From the NCBI GenBank assembly GCA_003568415.1, contig PWXV01000336.1, positions 69,774 through 133,773 on the forward strand: 64,000 nt of DNA, in the 5' to 3' direction. Below, piece by piece: positions 1 through 10,631 of the stretch (its first letter is position 1; each line of letters begins with the position of its first letter). The notes under the pieces were generated by a model. That model saw nothing but the letters and a program-made list of their open reading frames with translations, had not been told where the DNA came from and ran no database searches. The stretch comes from Ignavibacteriales bacterium (GTDB lineage Bacteria > Bacteroidota > Ignavibacteria > T3Sed10-11). Both the position numbers and the translations under genes were made by a program.

Positions 1-324
1 TTTTTAAATATGGTTTTAAAATTTCATACATCGCTTGATATTGAAACTTTACTCAATAATTTGCAGTGTATTGAAAAAGATGCAGGACGCACAGAGGAAC
101 AAAGTAAGAAATCCCGTGTACTCGATGTGGATATTTTGTTTTTTGATAACGATATTATAACTATGGATGATTTGATCGTGCCGCATCCGGAAGTACATAA
201 GCGGCGCTTTATGCTTGAACCACTTGCCGAAATTGCCGGCGATCTTGTACATCCCGTTAAAAATAAAACTATACAACAACTACTTGACGAGTGCCCGAAA
301 ACACATTGGGTCAAGCGGTTGTAA
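1..324 (+). CDS. folK: 2-amino-4-hydroxy-6-hydroxymethyldihydropteridine pyrophosphokinase (HPPK), 3' portion. The ORF is open to the window start, so the 5' end lies upstream.
   Basis: The C-terminal HPPK signature is present (RVLDVDILFFDN...IVPHPEVHKRRFMLEPLAEI). There is no in-frame stop between position 1 and the listed ATG at 10. Confidence 0.75.
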   Translation, partial: FLNMVLKFHTSLDIETLLNNLQCIEKDAGRTEEQSKKSRVLDVDILFFDNDIITMDDLIVPHPEVHKRRFMLEPLAEIAGDLVHPVKNKTIQQLLDECPKTHWVKRL

Positions 325-362
325 TGACGGCTACTCTCAAGATATTTTTGTAGGAATACCAA

Positions 363-1079
363 TTGGCTGAACACCACAATACGAAAGCTCAGCAACCACA
401 AACACATCAGTTTGGCGGTGATATCAGGTACATAGCGGTTGAAGGTGTGATTGGCGTTGGGAAAACCAGTCTGGCATCGATGCTCGGGGAATATTTCGGA
501 GCAAGGGTCGTGCTTGAACGATTCGAGGAAAATCCGTTCCTGGAGCGTTTTTATGAGGATCCTGAACACTACGCTTTTCAAACCCAGATGTCGTTTTTGC
601 TGAGCAGATACAAGCAGCAGCAGGAGCTTTTCCAGGCCGACCTTTTTCATAACATCCTGATTACGGATTATATTTTTGAAAAAGATAAAATCTTTGCATA
701 CCTTAATTTACAGGATGACGAGCTGAAATTGTACGAAACGGTGGTAAACGCCATTGAAAGAAATATATTGACACCGGATCTGGTCATTTATCTGCAATCG
801 AGTACAGAACGGTTACTGGAGAATATAAAAAAACGAGGCAGGACATATGAGAAACATATCACTGCCGAATACCTGAAAGATCTGAATGAAGCATATAATT
901 ATTTCTTCTTCCGGTATCGTCAGGCGCCGTTACTTATTGTGAATGCCACAGAAATTGATTTTGTCAACCGAAGTGAAGATTTTTCCGAACTGCTGAAGGA
1001 AATTACCCGTCAGAACAGATCTCCGGTTGAATATTATAATCCTTTGAAGAAGGGATCGAAAAAGAAGGAGGCGAAGTGA
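363..1079 (+). CDS. Deoxynucleoside kinase (dAK/dGK/dCK family).
   Basis: P-loop IAVEGVIGVGKTSL followed by ERFEENPFLERFY, which is typical of deoxynucleoside kinases. The listed start is TTG at 363 and there is no in-frame ATG upstream of the P-loop, so the start codon is uncertain. Confidence 0.7.
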   Translation: MAEHHNTKAQQPQTHQFGGDIRYIAVEGVIGVGKTSLASMLGEYFGARVVLERFEENPFLERFYEDPEHYAFQTQMSFLLSRYKQQQELFQADLFHNILITDYIFEKDKIFAYLNLQDDELKLYETVVNAIERNILTPDLVIYLQSSTERLLENIKKRGRTYEKHITAEYLKDLNEAYNYFFFRYRQAPLLIVNATEIDFVNRSEDFSELLKEITRQNRSPVEYYNPLKKGSKKKEAK

Positions 1080-1080
1080 T

Positions 1081-1302
1081 ATGCCATTATTAAGATATCT
1101 GATTCTACTCGGCCTGGTGTATATTCTGTACCGTTTGGTAAAGGCATCATTGCGTGACTTTTTTACGAATCTGCAAGCGAAACAGCAACACACGAATGTT
1201 GGTAATAATAATGTTCGCGGCGGCAGAAATGTCAACCTTGATGATATAGAAGATGCAAAGTATGAAGAGATAAAAGACGATACGGAAAAACGAAAAAATT
1301 AA
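1081..1302 (+). CDS. Small membrane protein with an N-terminal TM helix and an acidic C-terminus (DUF4834-like?). Hypothetical.
   Basis: The ATG overlaps the upstream stop (TGATATG). Single hydrophobic helix LILLGLVYILY. The function is unknown. Confidence 0.4.
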   Translation: MPLLRYLILLGLVYILYRLVKASLRDFFTNLQAKQQHTNVGNNNVRGGRNVNLDDIEDAKYEEIKDDTEKRKN

Positions 1303-1325
1303 TACGTGTTTAATGTAAAGATCAT

Positions 1326-2327
1326 ATGACCAGGCGGTTGCTGCAAGAGGTTGAAAAATATAAAATTCTTGAGACCCGTATATGCGATCTTGCGTTGAGG
1401 TTCGATGGGCTTATACTCAAGCTTATGCGAAAGGTCGCAACGGAACTTCGTTATAAAGGAATAAAGTTCCGGCCCGAGTATTATTACGGAACAGGATGGG
1501 GATGTGTTGACGGCAGCATTTCAATTGAGCTTCCCTTCTGGTTTGGAAGCAAATCACTGCGTGAAATCGAAGATGAATTAAATCTCGGTGGTGTTGAGAA
1601 CGAGCATGAAATCTTAATGGGGCTCCGCCATGAGATTGGTCACGCAATTCTCTATGCATATCGATTATACCGCGACCGTGAATGGGGACGGCTTTTCGGG
1701 AATATGAAAAAAGTGTACCGGGATTATTATATTTATAATCCCTGGAGTAAACGGCATGTGCGTCATTTACCTGAACACTATGCACAAAAGCACCCCGATG
1801 AAGACTGGGCGGAGACATTTGCCGTTTGGCTGAAACCCCGATCAAACTGGAAAACTAAATACTCTAAAACACCGGCAATCCGAAAGCTTGAGTTTGTCGA
1901 TACCATTATGCGGGAGATAGGACAGCTTGATCCGCCGGTGACCAAAATCGATCGCGATGAGCCGGTTGAAACAGTTCGAATGACCGTCGCAGAATTTTAT
2001 AAATTGAATCTTGAATCGCAGATTGATAACAACGATCTGTACGGCTATGTGGATGACCTGAAAGCGATTTTTTCATACAATGGCAGGCGAACTAATTCGT
2101 ACCGGGAAGCATGGAAGTTCATTCATAAATATGCACCGTTAATAGAAAACAAAGTATGTCAGTGGGTTTATTATGCAGACCGGGAAAAATTGAGGAAGCA
2201 TCTTTCTAAAATCGAGGGAGTATGCCGGACATATAAGTTGAAAATCCGTCCCGGAGATGAGATGGAGAAAATATCAGAGCTGACGGTGTTGCTTACCTAT
2301 ACTATTATGTATGATATTTATGCGTGA
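1326..2327 (+). CDS. Putative zinc metallopeptidase with an HExxH motif (possibly the Peptidase_Mx-like family). Hypothetical.
   Basis: HEIGH motif (GLRHEIGHAILY) in a 333-aa soluble protein. The family assignment rests on memory of a similar motif context and is not verified. Confidence 0.4.
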   Translation: MTRRLLQEVEKYKILETRICDLALRFDGLILKLMRKVATELRYKGIKFRPEYYYGTGWGCVDGSISIELPFWFGSKSLREIEDELNLGGVENEHEILMGLRHEIGHAILYAYRLYRDREWGRLFGNMKKVYRDYYIYNPWSKRHVRHLPEHYAQKHPDEDWAETFAVWLKPRSNWKTKYSKTPAIRKLEFVDTIMREIGQLDPPVTKIDRDEPVETVRMTVAEFYKLNLESQIDNNDLYGYVDDLKAIFSYNGRRTNSYREAWKFIHKYAPLIENKVCQWVYYADREKLRKHLSKIEGVCRTYKLKIRPGDEMEKISELTVLLTYTIMYDIYA

Positions 2328-2401
2328 TGTACATGCACTTAGAGAAATATGCACAATAAAATTATACTGATAAATGTTTCATCAATTACAATGAGAGGAC
2401 A

Positions 2402-3697
2402 ATGGCAAGAACGTACATAGAAGATCTTGGAAACCATGTAGGTACCGATGTAACTATTCACGGATGGGTATATAACAAACGGTCGAGCGGTAAGATAAAA
2501 TTTATCATCGTGCGCGATGGTACCGGTTTATTGCAATGTGTTATGGTAAAAGCTGCTCTGCCGGAAGAGGTGTTTGAAAAGTTCGGAGAATTAACTCAGG
2601 AATCATCGCTCAAAGTGACCGGCACCGTCAAAGAGGAGCCGCGTGCACCCGGCGGTTATGAACTTGAAGTCAAGGATCTGTCGATTATTCATATCGCGGT
2701 GGATTACCCGATCACGCCGAAAGAACACGGCGTTGAGTTTTTAATGGACCGGCGTCATCTCTGGTTACGTTCTACCCGCCAGCATGCGATTATGCGTGTG
2801 CGGCATTATATCATCAAGGCTATTCGCGATTATTTCGATTCCAACGGTTTTACGCTAATCGATTCACCTATCCTAACCCCGAATGCGGTTGAGGGAACGA
2901 CAACCTTATTCGAGACAGAATACTTCGACCTCGGAAAGGCCTTCCTTACGCAAAGCGGGCAATTATACGGTGAAGCCGCAGCAATGGCGCATGGAAAAGT
3001 TTATTGTTTTGGACCGACGTTTCGTGCTGAAAAATCCAAAACCCGCCGGCATTTGACCGAGTTCTGGATGGTTGAACCTGAGGTTGCCTTTAATGACCTC
3101 AATGACAATATGGATCTTGCCGAGGATTTCCTCGAATATGTTGTATCATCGACGCTGAAGGAGAAAGCATCCGAACTTGAAACTTTGGAACGCGATACGT
3201 CGTACCTGGAAAAAGTAAAGAAACCGATGCCTCGAATCTCATATGACGAGGCCGTTGATATTCTCAGGAAGAAAGGAATTGATTTTGAATGGGGCGGGGA
3301 TCTCGGCGGTACTGATGAGACGGTGATATCCGAACAGTTCGATAAACCGGTTATGGTGCATCGGTATCCGGCTCAGGTAAAAGCCTTCTATATGAAACGT
3401 GATCCGGAGAATGAAAAGCTTGCTCTGGCACTCGATGTACTCGCACCGGAAGGATACGGGGAAATAATCGGTGGCAGCCAGCGTGAGGATGATTATGATA
3501 CTCTCGTTGAGCGAATCAATGAACATAATCTTCCGATGGAACCGTTTGAATGGTATCTCGATTTACGGAAATATGGAAGTGTTCCGCACGCTGGATTTGG
3601 ACTTGGCATTGAACGAACAGTTTCATGGATCTGCGGTCTCGATCACGTTCGGGAAACGGTACCGTTCGCCCGGATGATTTACCGGAATACGCCGTAG
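2402..3697 (+). CDS. asnS: Asparagine--tRNA ligase.
   Basis: Class II aaRS motifs ([21 protein letters not shown]; GLGIERTV at the C-terminus). An N-terminal OB anticodon-binding region is present, and 431 aa is a typical length for AsnRS. Confidence 0.85.
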   Translation: MARTYIEDLGNHVGTDVTIHGWVYNKRSSGKIKFIIVRDGTGLLQCVMVKAALPEEVFEKFGELTQESSLKVTGTVKEEPRAPGGYELEVKDLSIIHIAVDYPITPKEHGVEFLMDRRHLWLRSTRQHAIMRVRHYIIKAIRDYFDSNGFTLIDSPILTPNAVEGTTTLFETEYFDLGKAFLTQSGQLYGEAAAMAHGKVYCFGPTFRAEKSKTRRHLTEFWMVEPEVAFNDLNDNMDLAEDFLEYVVSSTLKEKASELETLERDTSYLEKVKKPMPRISYDEAVDILRKKGIDFEWGGDLGGTDETVISEQFDKPVMVHRYPAQVKAFYMKRDPENEKLALALDVLAPEGYGEIIGGSQREDDYDTLVERINEHNLPMEPFEWYLDLRKYGSVPHAGFGLGIERTVSWICGLDHVRETVPFARMIYRNTP

Positions 3698-3736
3698 AGT
3701 CGATTTCAACAAAACCTAAATAGTAGATAATTTAAA

Positions 3737-4681
3737 ATGATCGAAGTAAAGAATCTCTATAAAACTTTCACAACCGTTATTGCTGTCAATGATGTATCAT
3801 TTAAGGTTGAACCCGGCAGGGTATTCGGTCTTCTCGGTCCGAATGGTGCCGGGAAAACCACGACAATCCGGATGATGCTGAATATCATTCAACCGGATGC
3901 AGGTGATATAATATTCGATGGAAGACCGTTTAGCATCGATATTCAGAATACTATCGGGTATTTACCCGAAGAGCGAGGTTTGTACAGGAAAAATAAACTG
4001 ATGCATACTATTCAGTATTTTGCCGGACTCAAGGGAGTATCTTCTAAAGAAGCAAAAAAACTCGGCATGTACTGGCTCGAACGGTTTGATCTCACCGATT
4101 ATGCCAATAATAAGGTCGAGGAGCTTTCAAAAGGTAATCAGCAAAAAGTACAATTTATTATTTCAGTCCTGCATTCACCAAAATACATCATACTCGATGA
4201 ACCGTTCAGCGGTCTTGATCCCGTTAATCAAATACTGTTAAAGGATATTATCGGTGATTTACGAAAGGAAGGCAAGGTACTAATATTCTCCACACACCAG
4301 ATGGAGCAGGCCGAGAAGATGTGCGATGACGTATGCATTATCAATCGGGGCCGGGTCGTAATGTATGGCAAGCTTGCCGAGGAAAAGAAAAAGTATGGTG
4401 TCAACAATATAATGATAGAATTTGAGGGTGACGGTTCGATGCTTGAAAAGATCGGAGGGGTAAAACGGGCTGCAATTTACAGTAATTTTGCCGAACTTGA
4501 AATTGATTCCAATGCAAAACCTCGTAATATTATACACGAAGCAAGTAAGGATCTGGATATCAGAAAGTTTGAAGTAAAAGAGCCGACGCTCAATGCAATA
4601 TTTCTTAATCTCGTTGGGTCGACCGTTGAAGAGGTCGAACGCAAGCATGAGGAGGAGCAGTTGAAGGAGGAAGCTGTATGA
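3737..4681 (+). CDS. ABC transporter ATP-binding protein (ABC-2 / NatA-like with a C-terminal extension).
   Basis: Walker A GPNGAGKTTT, signature LSKGNQQKV, Walker B ILDEPFSGLD. Confidence 0.85.
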   Translation: MIEVKNLYKTFTTVIAVNDVSFKVEPGRVFGLLGPNGAGKTTTIRMMLNIIQPDAGDIIFDGRPFSIDIQNTIGYLPEERGLYRKNKLMHTIQYFAGLKGVSSKEAKKLGMYWLERFDLTDYANNKVEELSKGNQQKVQFIISVLHSPKYIILDEPFSGLDPVNQILLKDIIGDLRKEGKVLIFSTHQMEQAEKMCDDVCIINRGRVVMYGKLAEEKKKYGVNNIMIEFEGDGSMLEKIGGVKRAAIYSNFAELEIDSNAKPRNIIHEASKDLDIRKFEVKEPTLNAIFLNLVGSTVEEVERKHEEEQLKEEAV

Positions 4682-5925
4682 AAAAAGCACTCATTGTTGC
4701 AAAGTGGGAGTATATAGAGCGGGTGAAAAGTAAGATGTTCATCATCTCACTATTTATATTTCCGGTTATCATTGTGGCATTTGCAGTACTGCCATCATTG
4801 TTGATGGGGCAGATGGAAGATCGGCAAAAAGTGATCGGTCTGGTTGATCCTGAAAATGTGCTCAGCCCGAATATTATCCAAAAAATCGAAGACCGGTTCA
4901 CGCTCAAGGATGATCAGCCGATGTATGTGATCAGAAAAATTGATGAGCCGAATACCGATGCGGAAACGCTTCGCATGATCGGCAACTCACTTGTTTTTTC
5001 CGATGATATTGCCGGGTATATTTATATTCCCCCTGATATATTCGAGACTAATCAACCGGAATATTATTCAACTAATGTAGGAAATATACAGGATCATAAC
5101 CGTTTCACTGCAGTAATCCGCGACATACTTACGGAATATCGTTTAGAGGAACGGGGGGTTGATCCCGGGATTGTCGGTGAAATTATTAAACCGGTGAATT
5201 TACGAACGGTGCGGATATCCCCGGGCGGTGAAGAACAGGATGCAGGTTTTCTGGAAATATTCTGGAGTTCATACATTTTTCTGATGGCGATGATGATGCT
5301 TATAGCAACATCGGGACAGATACTGATACGAAGTGTTGTTGAGGAAAAGACAAACCGTATTATTGAAGTCCTTGCCTCATCGTGCTCTTCGACCGACCTC
5401 ATGGCAGGCAAAATCATTGGATTGAGTGCACTTGGCTTAACACAGATCGGATTGTATGCCATGATGGGTATCGCGGCAGTTACTCAATTTGGTATTGATG
5501 GTCTTTCTCTTTCAAATGTCTGGCTGCTGCTACCGTACTTTATTATCGGATATTTATTCTATGCTGCAATATTTGTTGTAGTCGGATCGCCGTTATCGTC
5601 CGAGCAGGAGGCGCAGCAGGTTACAAGCTGGGTAGTACTTGTACTCATGATCCCGTTTATATTTGCCTTTATCGCGATCGAAAATCCTGGCATGCCGATT
5701 ATCCGGGCATTAAGTTTTATACCGTTTTTTACACCATCTTTTATGGCACTCCGTATACCGATCATTATGCCTTCTACCTTCGATATTGTGGTTACGTTGG
5801 GCATCCTTACCTTATCCACAATTATTCTTATGTGGATAGCCGGAAAGGTATTCCGCGTGGCAATACTGTCATATGGAAAGCGGCCATCATTAGCTGAAAT
5901 TTTACGATGGGTTAAAACAGGTTAA
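4678..5925 (+). CDS. ABC-2 family transporter permease (NatB-like, with a large extracytoplasmic loop after TM1).
   Basis: Its ATG overlaps the stop of the upstream ATPase (ATGA). TM1 is followed by a ~170-aa loop and then five or more TM helices. Confidence 0.7.
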   Translation: MKKALIVAKWEYIERVKSKMFIISLFIFPVIIVAFAVLPSLLMGQMEDRQKVIGLVDPENVLSPNIIQKIEDRFTLKDDQPMYVIRKIDEPNTDAETLRMIGNSLVFSDDIAGYIYIPPDIFETNQPEYYSTNVGNIQDHNRFTAVIRDILTEYRLEERGVDPGIVGEIIKPVNLRTVRISPGGEEQDAGFLEIFWSSYIFLMAMMMLIATSGQILIRSVVEEKTNRIIEVLASSCSSTDLMAGKIIGLSALGLTQIGLYAMMGIAAVTQFGIDGLSLSNVWLLLPYFIIGYLFYAAIFVVVGSPLSSEQEAQQVTSWVVLVLMIPFIFAFIAIENPGMPIIRALSFIPFFTPSFMALRIPIIMPSTFDIVVTLGILTLSTIILMWIAGKVFRVAILSYGKRPSLAEILRWVKTG

Positions 5926-6016
5926 CGGCTGTTTATAGCATTGCAAATGTGCGAAGGTTTCCCTATATTAGTACAACTTTTTTAACATTTTCCTCGAAAG
6001 CAGTATAAGTTGAATA

Positions 6017-6529
6017 ATGACCTTTGAAGAAGTATTCTTTTATTTTCTCGCCGCCGGTGCAATTGTATCTGCGTTATTGGTTATTACGAGAAGAAATCCG
6101 ATTAACAGCGTCATTTTTCTTGTATTAAATTTTTTCTTTCTTGTAGCGCTGTATCTCACCTTAAAAGCTCAGTTTATTGCAATAATCCAGATCCTGGTTT
6201 ATGCCGGAGCGATTATGGTGTTGTTTATGTTTGTAATTATGCTTTTAAATCTCGGCGATGAAAAACGACTTACCGATCGCGTGACCTGGAAACAATTTGT
6301 GGCAATAGGGCTGTCTCTTGCCTTTGTAATGCAGGTACTCTATATCGTCGGATTTGGTGAAACTGCAGAAATGAAAACGATGTCTGCGAAAGCGGTAGAC
6401 ATTGGAACCGTTGAATATATCGGTAAAGAATTATTCAGTTATTACGTACTGCCAATCGAAGCAATCTCGGTGCTGATTGTCGCAGCGGTCGTCGGTGCAA
6501 TTGTCCTGGCCAAAAGAAAGTTTGATTAA
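6017..6529 (+). CDS. nuoJ: NADH-quinone oxidoreductase subunit J.
   Basis: Typical NuoJ/ND6 sequence (VSALLVITRRNPINSV...ILVYAGAIMVLFMFVIMLLN). Confidence 0.85.
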   Translation: MTFEEVFFYFLAAGAIVSALLVITRRNPINSVIFLVLNFFFLVALYLTLKAQFIAIIQILVYAGAIMVLFMFVIMLLNLGDEKRLTDRVTWKQFVAIGLSLAFVMQVLYIVGFGETAEMKTMSAKAVDIGTVEYIGKELFSYYVLPIEAISVLIVAAVVGAIVLAKRKFD

Positions 6530-6676
6530 GGGTACTGCAACGATGACGATGCATTCCGTTCGAGTTCTCCAACCGGAGTTTTTCCGAATTTGTGGGTAAG
6601 ATTCAGATTGCCATAACGGTCATTCCGAATGACCTTTGGAATAAATATTTGATTATTCTTCAAATGAAAACGTAGC

Positions 6677-6979
6677 ATGATACCGCTCAATTTTTATCTC
6701 GTACTTAGTGCATTATTATTTACAATCGGCGTCGTTGGTGTCCTCACCCGCCGGAATGCCATAATTGTATTTATGTCTATCGAGTTGATGCTCAATTCGG
6801 TAAACCTGACGCTTGTTGCCTTCTCTTCATTTCTCGGCGATGCGACCGGACAGATGCTTGTCTTTTTTGTGATTACCATAGCAGCGGCCGAAGCCGCAAT
6901 TGGATTAGCTATTATCATCGCATTGTTCCGCAACAAGCAAACTGTAAATATCGACGAAATCAATCTCTTAAAGTGGTAA
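6677..6979 (+). CDS. nuoK: NADH-quinone oxidoreductase subunit K.
   Basis: 100 aa, with the NuoK/ND4L signature [30 protein letters not shown]. Confidence 0.9.
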   Translation: MIPLNFYLVLSALLFTIGVVGVLTRRNAIIVFMSIELMLNSVNLTLVAFSSFLGDATGQMLVFFVITIAAAEAAIGLAIIIALFRNKQTVNIDEINLLKW

Positions 6980-6991
6980 GACGAAACGTTT

Positions 6992-8920
6992 ATGTATGAT
7001 CTTATAGGACTTGTCGTAATATTGCCGTTGCTCGGAGCTGCGATCAACGGATTGCTCGGCTGGCGGATTAAAAACGAAAAAGTTATCGGTATTATCGGTA
7101 GCGGCACCGTCGGTATCTCTTTCGTCATATCCGTACTTATCTTTATAGAGATGCTCGGCCGCGAAGCACTGGAACGAATTCAGGTGGTAGAGTATTTCAG
7201 ATGGATTGTCGCAGGCAACCTCGATACTTCATTTGCATACCAGGTGGACCAGTTATCTATTTTAATGACGCTTGTTGTGACGGGTGTTGGATTTCTAATT
7301 CATGTGTACTCCATCGGCTATATGAAGGGCGATGCGGGATTCTGGCGTTACTTTTCTTATCTCAATCTTTTTATCTTCGCGATGCTCAATCTTGTTCTTG
7401 CCGATAATTTTCTTCTGTTATTTCTTGGCTGGGAAGGTGTTGGCTTATGTTCCTATTTGCTGATTGGATTCTGGTATACTAAGAAGTTTACCGGAGATGC
7501 TGCGAAAAAGGCATTCGTTGTTAACCGCGTCGGCGACTTCGGATTTCTCATCGGTATGTTTCTGATCTTTATCACCTTCGGAACCTTGAAGTTTGAACCG
7601 GTTTTCGCTCAGGCATCGGTGCTCACCGTAGGAGAACCGATTATTTTCTGGATGACATTAATGCTGTTTGTCGGTGCGGTCGGTAAATCGGCACAGATAC
7701 CATTATTTGTATGGTTGCCCGATGCAATGGCAGGTCCGACTCCCGTTAGCGCACTCATTCATGCTGCGACTATGGTCACTGCCGGTGTCTATATGGTTGC
7801 GCGTTCTGCGACCTTATATGCACTTGCTCCACTCACGCTGGAAATAGTAGCGGTCATTGGTTTACTTACTGCAGTGATGGCGGCCACGATTGCTCTTACA
7901 CAAAATGATATTAAAAAAGTTCTCGCGTATTCAACGGTAAGCCAGCTTGGTTTTATGTTTCTTGCGCTCGGTGTCGGTGCATTCTGGGTCGGAATATTTC
8001 ACGTTTATACACATGCTTTCTTCAAAGCCCTGCTCTTTCTCGGTTCGGGCGCGGTGATTCACGCAATGCATCACGAACAGGATATCCAGAAAATGGGCGG
8101 CTTGCAAAAATATATGCCGAAAACATATATGACGTTTCTTATCGGTGCTATTGCAATTGCGGGCATTCCGCCGCTTGCCGGTTTCTTTAGCAAGGATGAA
8201 ATTCTTGCCTATGTCTGGCATGACGGTTCTTTTATCTTGTGGTTTTTCGCGGCTATTACTGCCGGATTAACTGCCTTTTATATGTTTAGGTTAGTTAGTT
8301 TAACGTTCTGGGGCAATCCCAGATTTAAAGAAGAAGGTGCGCATGCAGTACATCCCCATGAAGCACCGTCGTCAATGACGATACCGCTCATTATACTTGC
8401 CGTGCTCTCGATTGTGGGTGGCTGGGTCGGCATTCCCAAGGCGCTTGGTGGTGGTTTGGCTATTAAGCAATTTCTTGCACCGGTATTCGAACGTGCCGAT
8501 AGGATTATGGCGTTGCCGGAGCACGGTGTCCATACAATAGATTATGCCTTGATTATTTTATCGGTGATAATTGCTGCAGCAGGTATTTATCTTGCAATCA
8601 CCTGGTACCTCAAAAAACCGCAAATACCGGTAGAACTTGCAAACAGATTCAGCGGTATGTACAGAGTTCTGAGTAATAAGTATTACGTGGATGAATTATA
8701 CGATGCTGCTATCGTGAATCCCATCGAGAGGGGGTCGCGAAAAATGCTATGGCGGGGAATGGATGTCGGTGTCATTGACGGTATAGTGAATGGACTTGCA
8801 AAGATCATTGCAATCATATCGAAATATGGACGCCTGGTACAGGTGGGAGTGGTACAGGGATATGCAGTCGCATTTGTGTTTGGTATAGTATTTATAATCT
8901 TTTGGTTGATATTCAGATAA
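6992..8920 (+). CDS. nuoL: NADH-quinone oxidoreductase subunit L.
   Basis: 642 aa antiporter-like subunit with the proton-pumping motif (WLPDAMAGPTPVSALIHAATMVTAGVY). Confidence 0.9.
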   Translation: MYDLIGLVVILPLLGAAINGLLGWRIKNEKVIGIIGSGTVGISFVISVLIFIEMLGREALERIQVVEYFRWIVAGNLDTSFAYQVDQLSILMTLVVTGVGFLIHVYSIGYMKGDAGFWRYFSYLNLFIFAMLNLVLADNFLLLFLGWEGVGLCSYLLIGFWYTKKFTGDAAKKAFVVNRVGDFGFLIGMFLIFITFGTLKFEPVFAQASVLTVGEPIIFWMTLMLFVGAVGKSAQIPLFVWLPDAMAGPTPVSALIHAATMVTAGVYMVARSATLYALAPLTLEIVAVIGLLTAVMAATIALTQNDIKKVLAYSTVSQLGFMFLALGVGAFWVGIFHVYTHAFFKALLFLGSGAVIHAMHHEQDIQKMGGLQKYMPKTYMTFLIGAIAIAGIPPLAGFFSKDEILAYVWHDGSFILWFFAAITAGLTAFYMFRLVSLTFWGNPRFKEEGAHAVHPHEAPSSMTIPLIILAVLSIVGGWVGIPKALGGGLAIKQFLAPVFERADRIMALPEHGVHTIDYALIILSVIIAAAGIYLAITWYLKKPQIPVELANRFSGMYRVLSNKYYVDELYDAAIVNPIERGSRKMLWRGMDVGVIDGIVNGLAKIIAIISKYGRLVQVGVVQGYAVAFVFGIVFIIFWLIFR

Positions 8921-8936
8921 TTAAATCATCACAATT

Positions 8937-10544
8937 ATGTTTGAAAATAATCTCCTTACCTATGTAATATTTTCACCGCTTATTGGTACGCTCATAATCT
9001 TATTCCTGAACAGAGCAAACCACAAAGCAATGCGATGGGTTGCCCTGCTCTCGACGCTGTTTACATTTGTGCTGGCACTTCTCTTGTTTTTCCGATTCGA
9101 CGGTTCCATAGCGGGATTTCAATTTTATCAGGAGGTAAGTTGGATTGAAACGATCGATGTTGCCTATCGTGTCGGTGTTGATGGAATCTCGCTTTTATTG
9201 GTAATGCTAACTGCGTTTATAATGCCGATATCGGTTCTCGCATCATGGTCGGGTATCAAACATCGTGTGAAAGAGTATTTTGTATTTTTATTGCTGCTTG
9301 AAGTCGGTATGATCGGTGTGTTCCTCGCGCTGGATATGTTTTTGTTTTACATTTTCTGGGAGGCAATGCTTATACCGATGTATTTTATCATCGGTGTATG
9401 GGGCGGCAAAGAACGTATCTACGCAGCAGTGAAATTCTTCCTCTTCACGATGGTAGGCAGTCTCCTGATGCTCGTTGCAATCATCTGGATAGGAGTCCAT
9501 GCCTCGCATACGCTCGGTCACTTTACCGCCGATCTTCAGGTGTTGTACGAGATTTCACCTGGTATACCGCTGGCATTGCAATCGTGGATGTTCCTGGCCT
9601 TTGCGCTAAGTTTCCTGATAAAAGTACCAATCTTCCCGCTCCATACGTGGTTACCCGATGCACATGTCGAAGCACCGACAGCAGGTAGTGTTATCCTTGC
9701 CGGGGTGTTATTGAAAATGGGTACCTACGGATTAATCAGATTTTGTTTGCCATTGTTCCCCGCCGCAACCTATGAGTTTATGCCGATAATAAGTATTCTT
9801 GCCGTTATCGGAATTATTTATGGTGCACTTGTGGCGATGGTGCAAACCGATGTTAAGAAGTTGATTGCATATTCATCGGTCAGTCACCTCGGGTTTATCG
9901 TGTTGGGAATATTTGCCCTTACCGAGGAAGCAATGCAGGGGAGTATCATACATATGGTAAGTCATGGTCTGAGCACCGGTGCCCTCTTCCTGTTGGTAGG
10001 TATGCTATACGAGCGGCGACACACACGGATGATAGCTGATTTTGGCGGGATTGCCAAGATAATGCCGGTGTATGCCGCATTCTTTTTGTTCATTTCATTA
10101 TCATCAATCGGACTGCCGGGATTGAACGGCTTTATCGGTGAGTTTTTAATATTACTCGGCGCATTTCAATCTCAGGCACTCGATTCATATTGGTATGCAA
10201 TCTTCGCTGCAACCGGCGTTATCCTTGCAGCAGTATATATGCTCTGGATGTATCAGCGGGTAATGTTGGGTGAAGTTACGCATCCCGAAAATGAAAAGTT
10301 GCTGGATATAAACCCGCGTGAAATTATCACGCTGGTACCGATTGCAATCTTCGTAATCTGGATCGGTATTTATCCGGCGACATTTTTAGATAAGACCGAA
10401 GCCTCGGGCCGGCAGGTGCTTGAACAGGTTGAGCAGGGCAGAACGATGTATCGTGCTACCCAAGCAGAGATAGTTACTGAAAATGAAATCTTGCATCTTG
10501 ATGTATCAAAAAAGATAACGTACCCGGGTAACACATCCCGGTAA
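8937..10544 (+). CDS. nuoM: NADH-quinone oxidoreductase subunit M.
   Basis: Antiporter-like ND4 family (WLPDAHVEAPTAGSVILAGVLLKMGTYG). Confidence 0.9.
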   Translation: MFENNLLTYVIFSPLIGTLIILFLNRANHKAMRWVALLSTLFTFVLALLLFFRFDGSIAGFQFYQEVSWIETIDVAYRVGVDGISLLLVMLTAFIMPISVLASWSGIKHRVKEYFVFLLLLEVGMIGVFLALDMFLFYIFWEAMLIPMYFIIGVWGGKERIYAAVKFFLFTMVGSLLMLVAIIWIGVHASHTLGHFTADLQVLYEISPGIPLALQSWMFLAFALSFLIKVPIFPLHTWLPDAHVEAPTAGSVILAGVLLKMGTYGLIRFCLPLFPAATYEFMPIISILAVIGIIYGALVAMVQTDVKKLIAYSSVSHLGFIVLGIFALTEEAMQGSIIHMVSHGLSTGALFLLVGMLYERRHTRMIADFGGIAKIMPVYAAFFLFISLSSIGLPGLNGFIGEFLILLGAFQSQALDSYWYAIFAATGVILAAVYMLWMYQRVMLGEVTHPENEKLLDINPREIITLVPIAIFVIWIGIYPATFLDKTEASGRQVLEQVEQGRTMYRATQAEIVTENEILHLDVSKKITYPGNTSR

Positions 10545-10631
10545 TTGCAAATGGCGAACATTCGTTTTACAGCGGGAATTAATTAACAGTTTAACAAAGT
10601 AAGACAATTACCAGATAATGTAGCATAACTC

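Noticed and set aside
24-650. 208-aa minus-strand ORF, and the 76-aa ORF at 49-279, antisense to folK and the deoxynucleoside kinase.
   Set aside because: They fully overlap well-supported + strand genes, have low-complexity Ser/Leu-rich translations and show no motif. They are typical antisense shadow ORFs.
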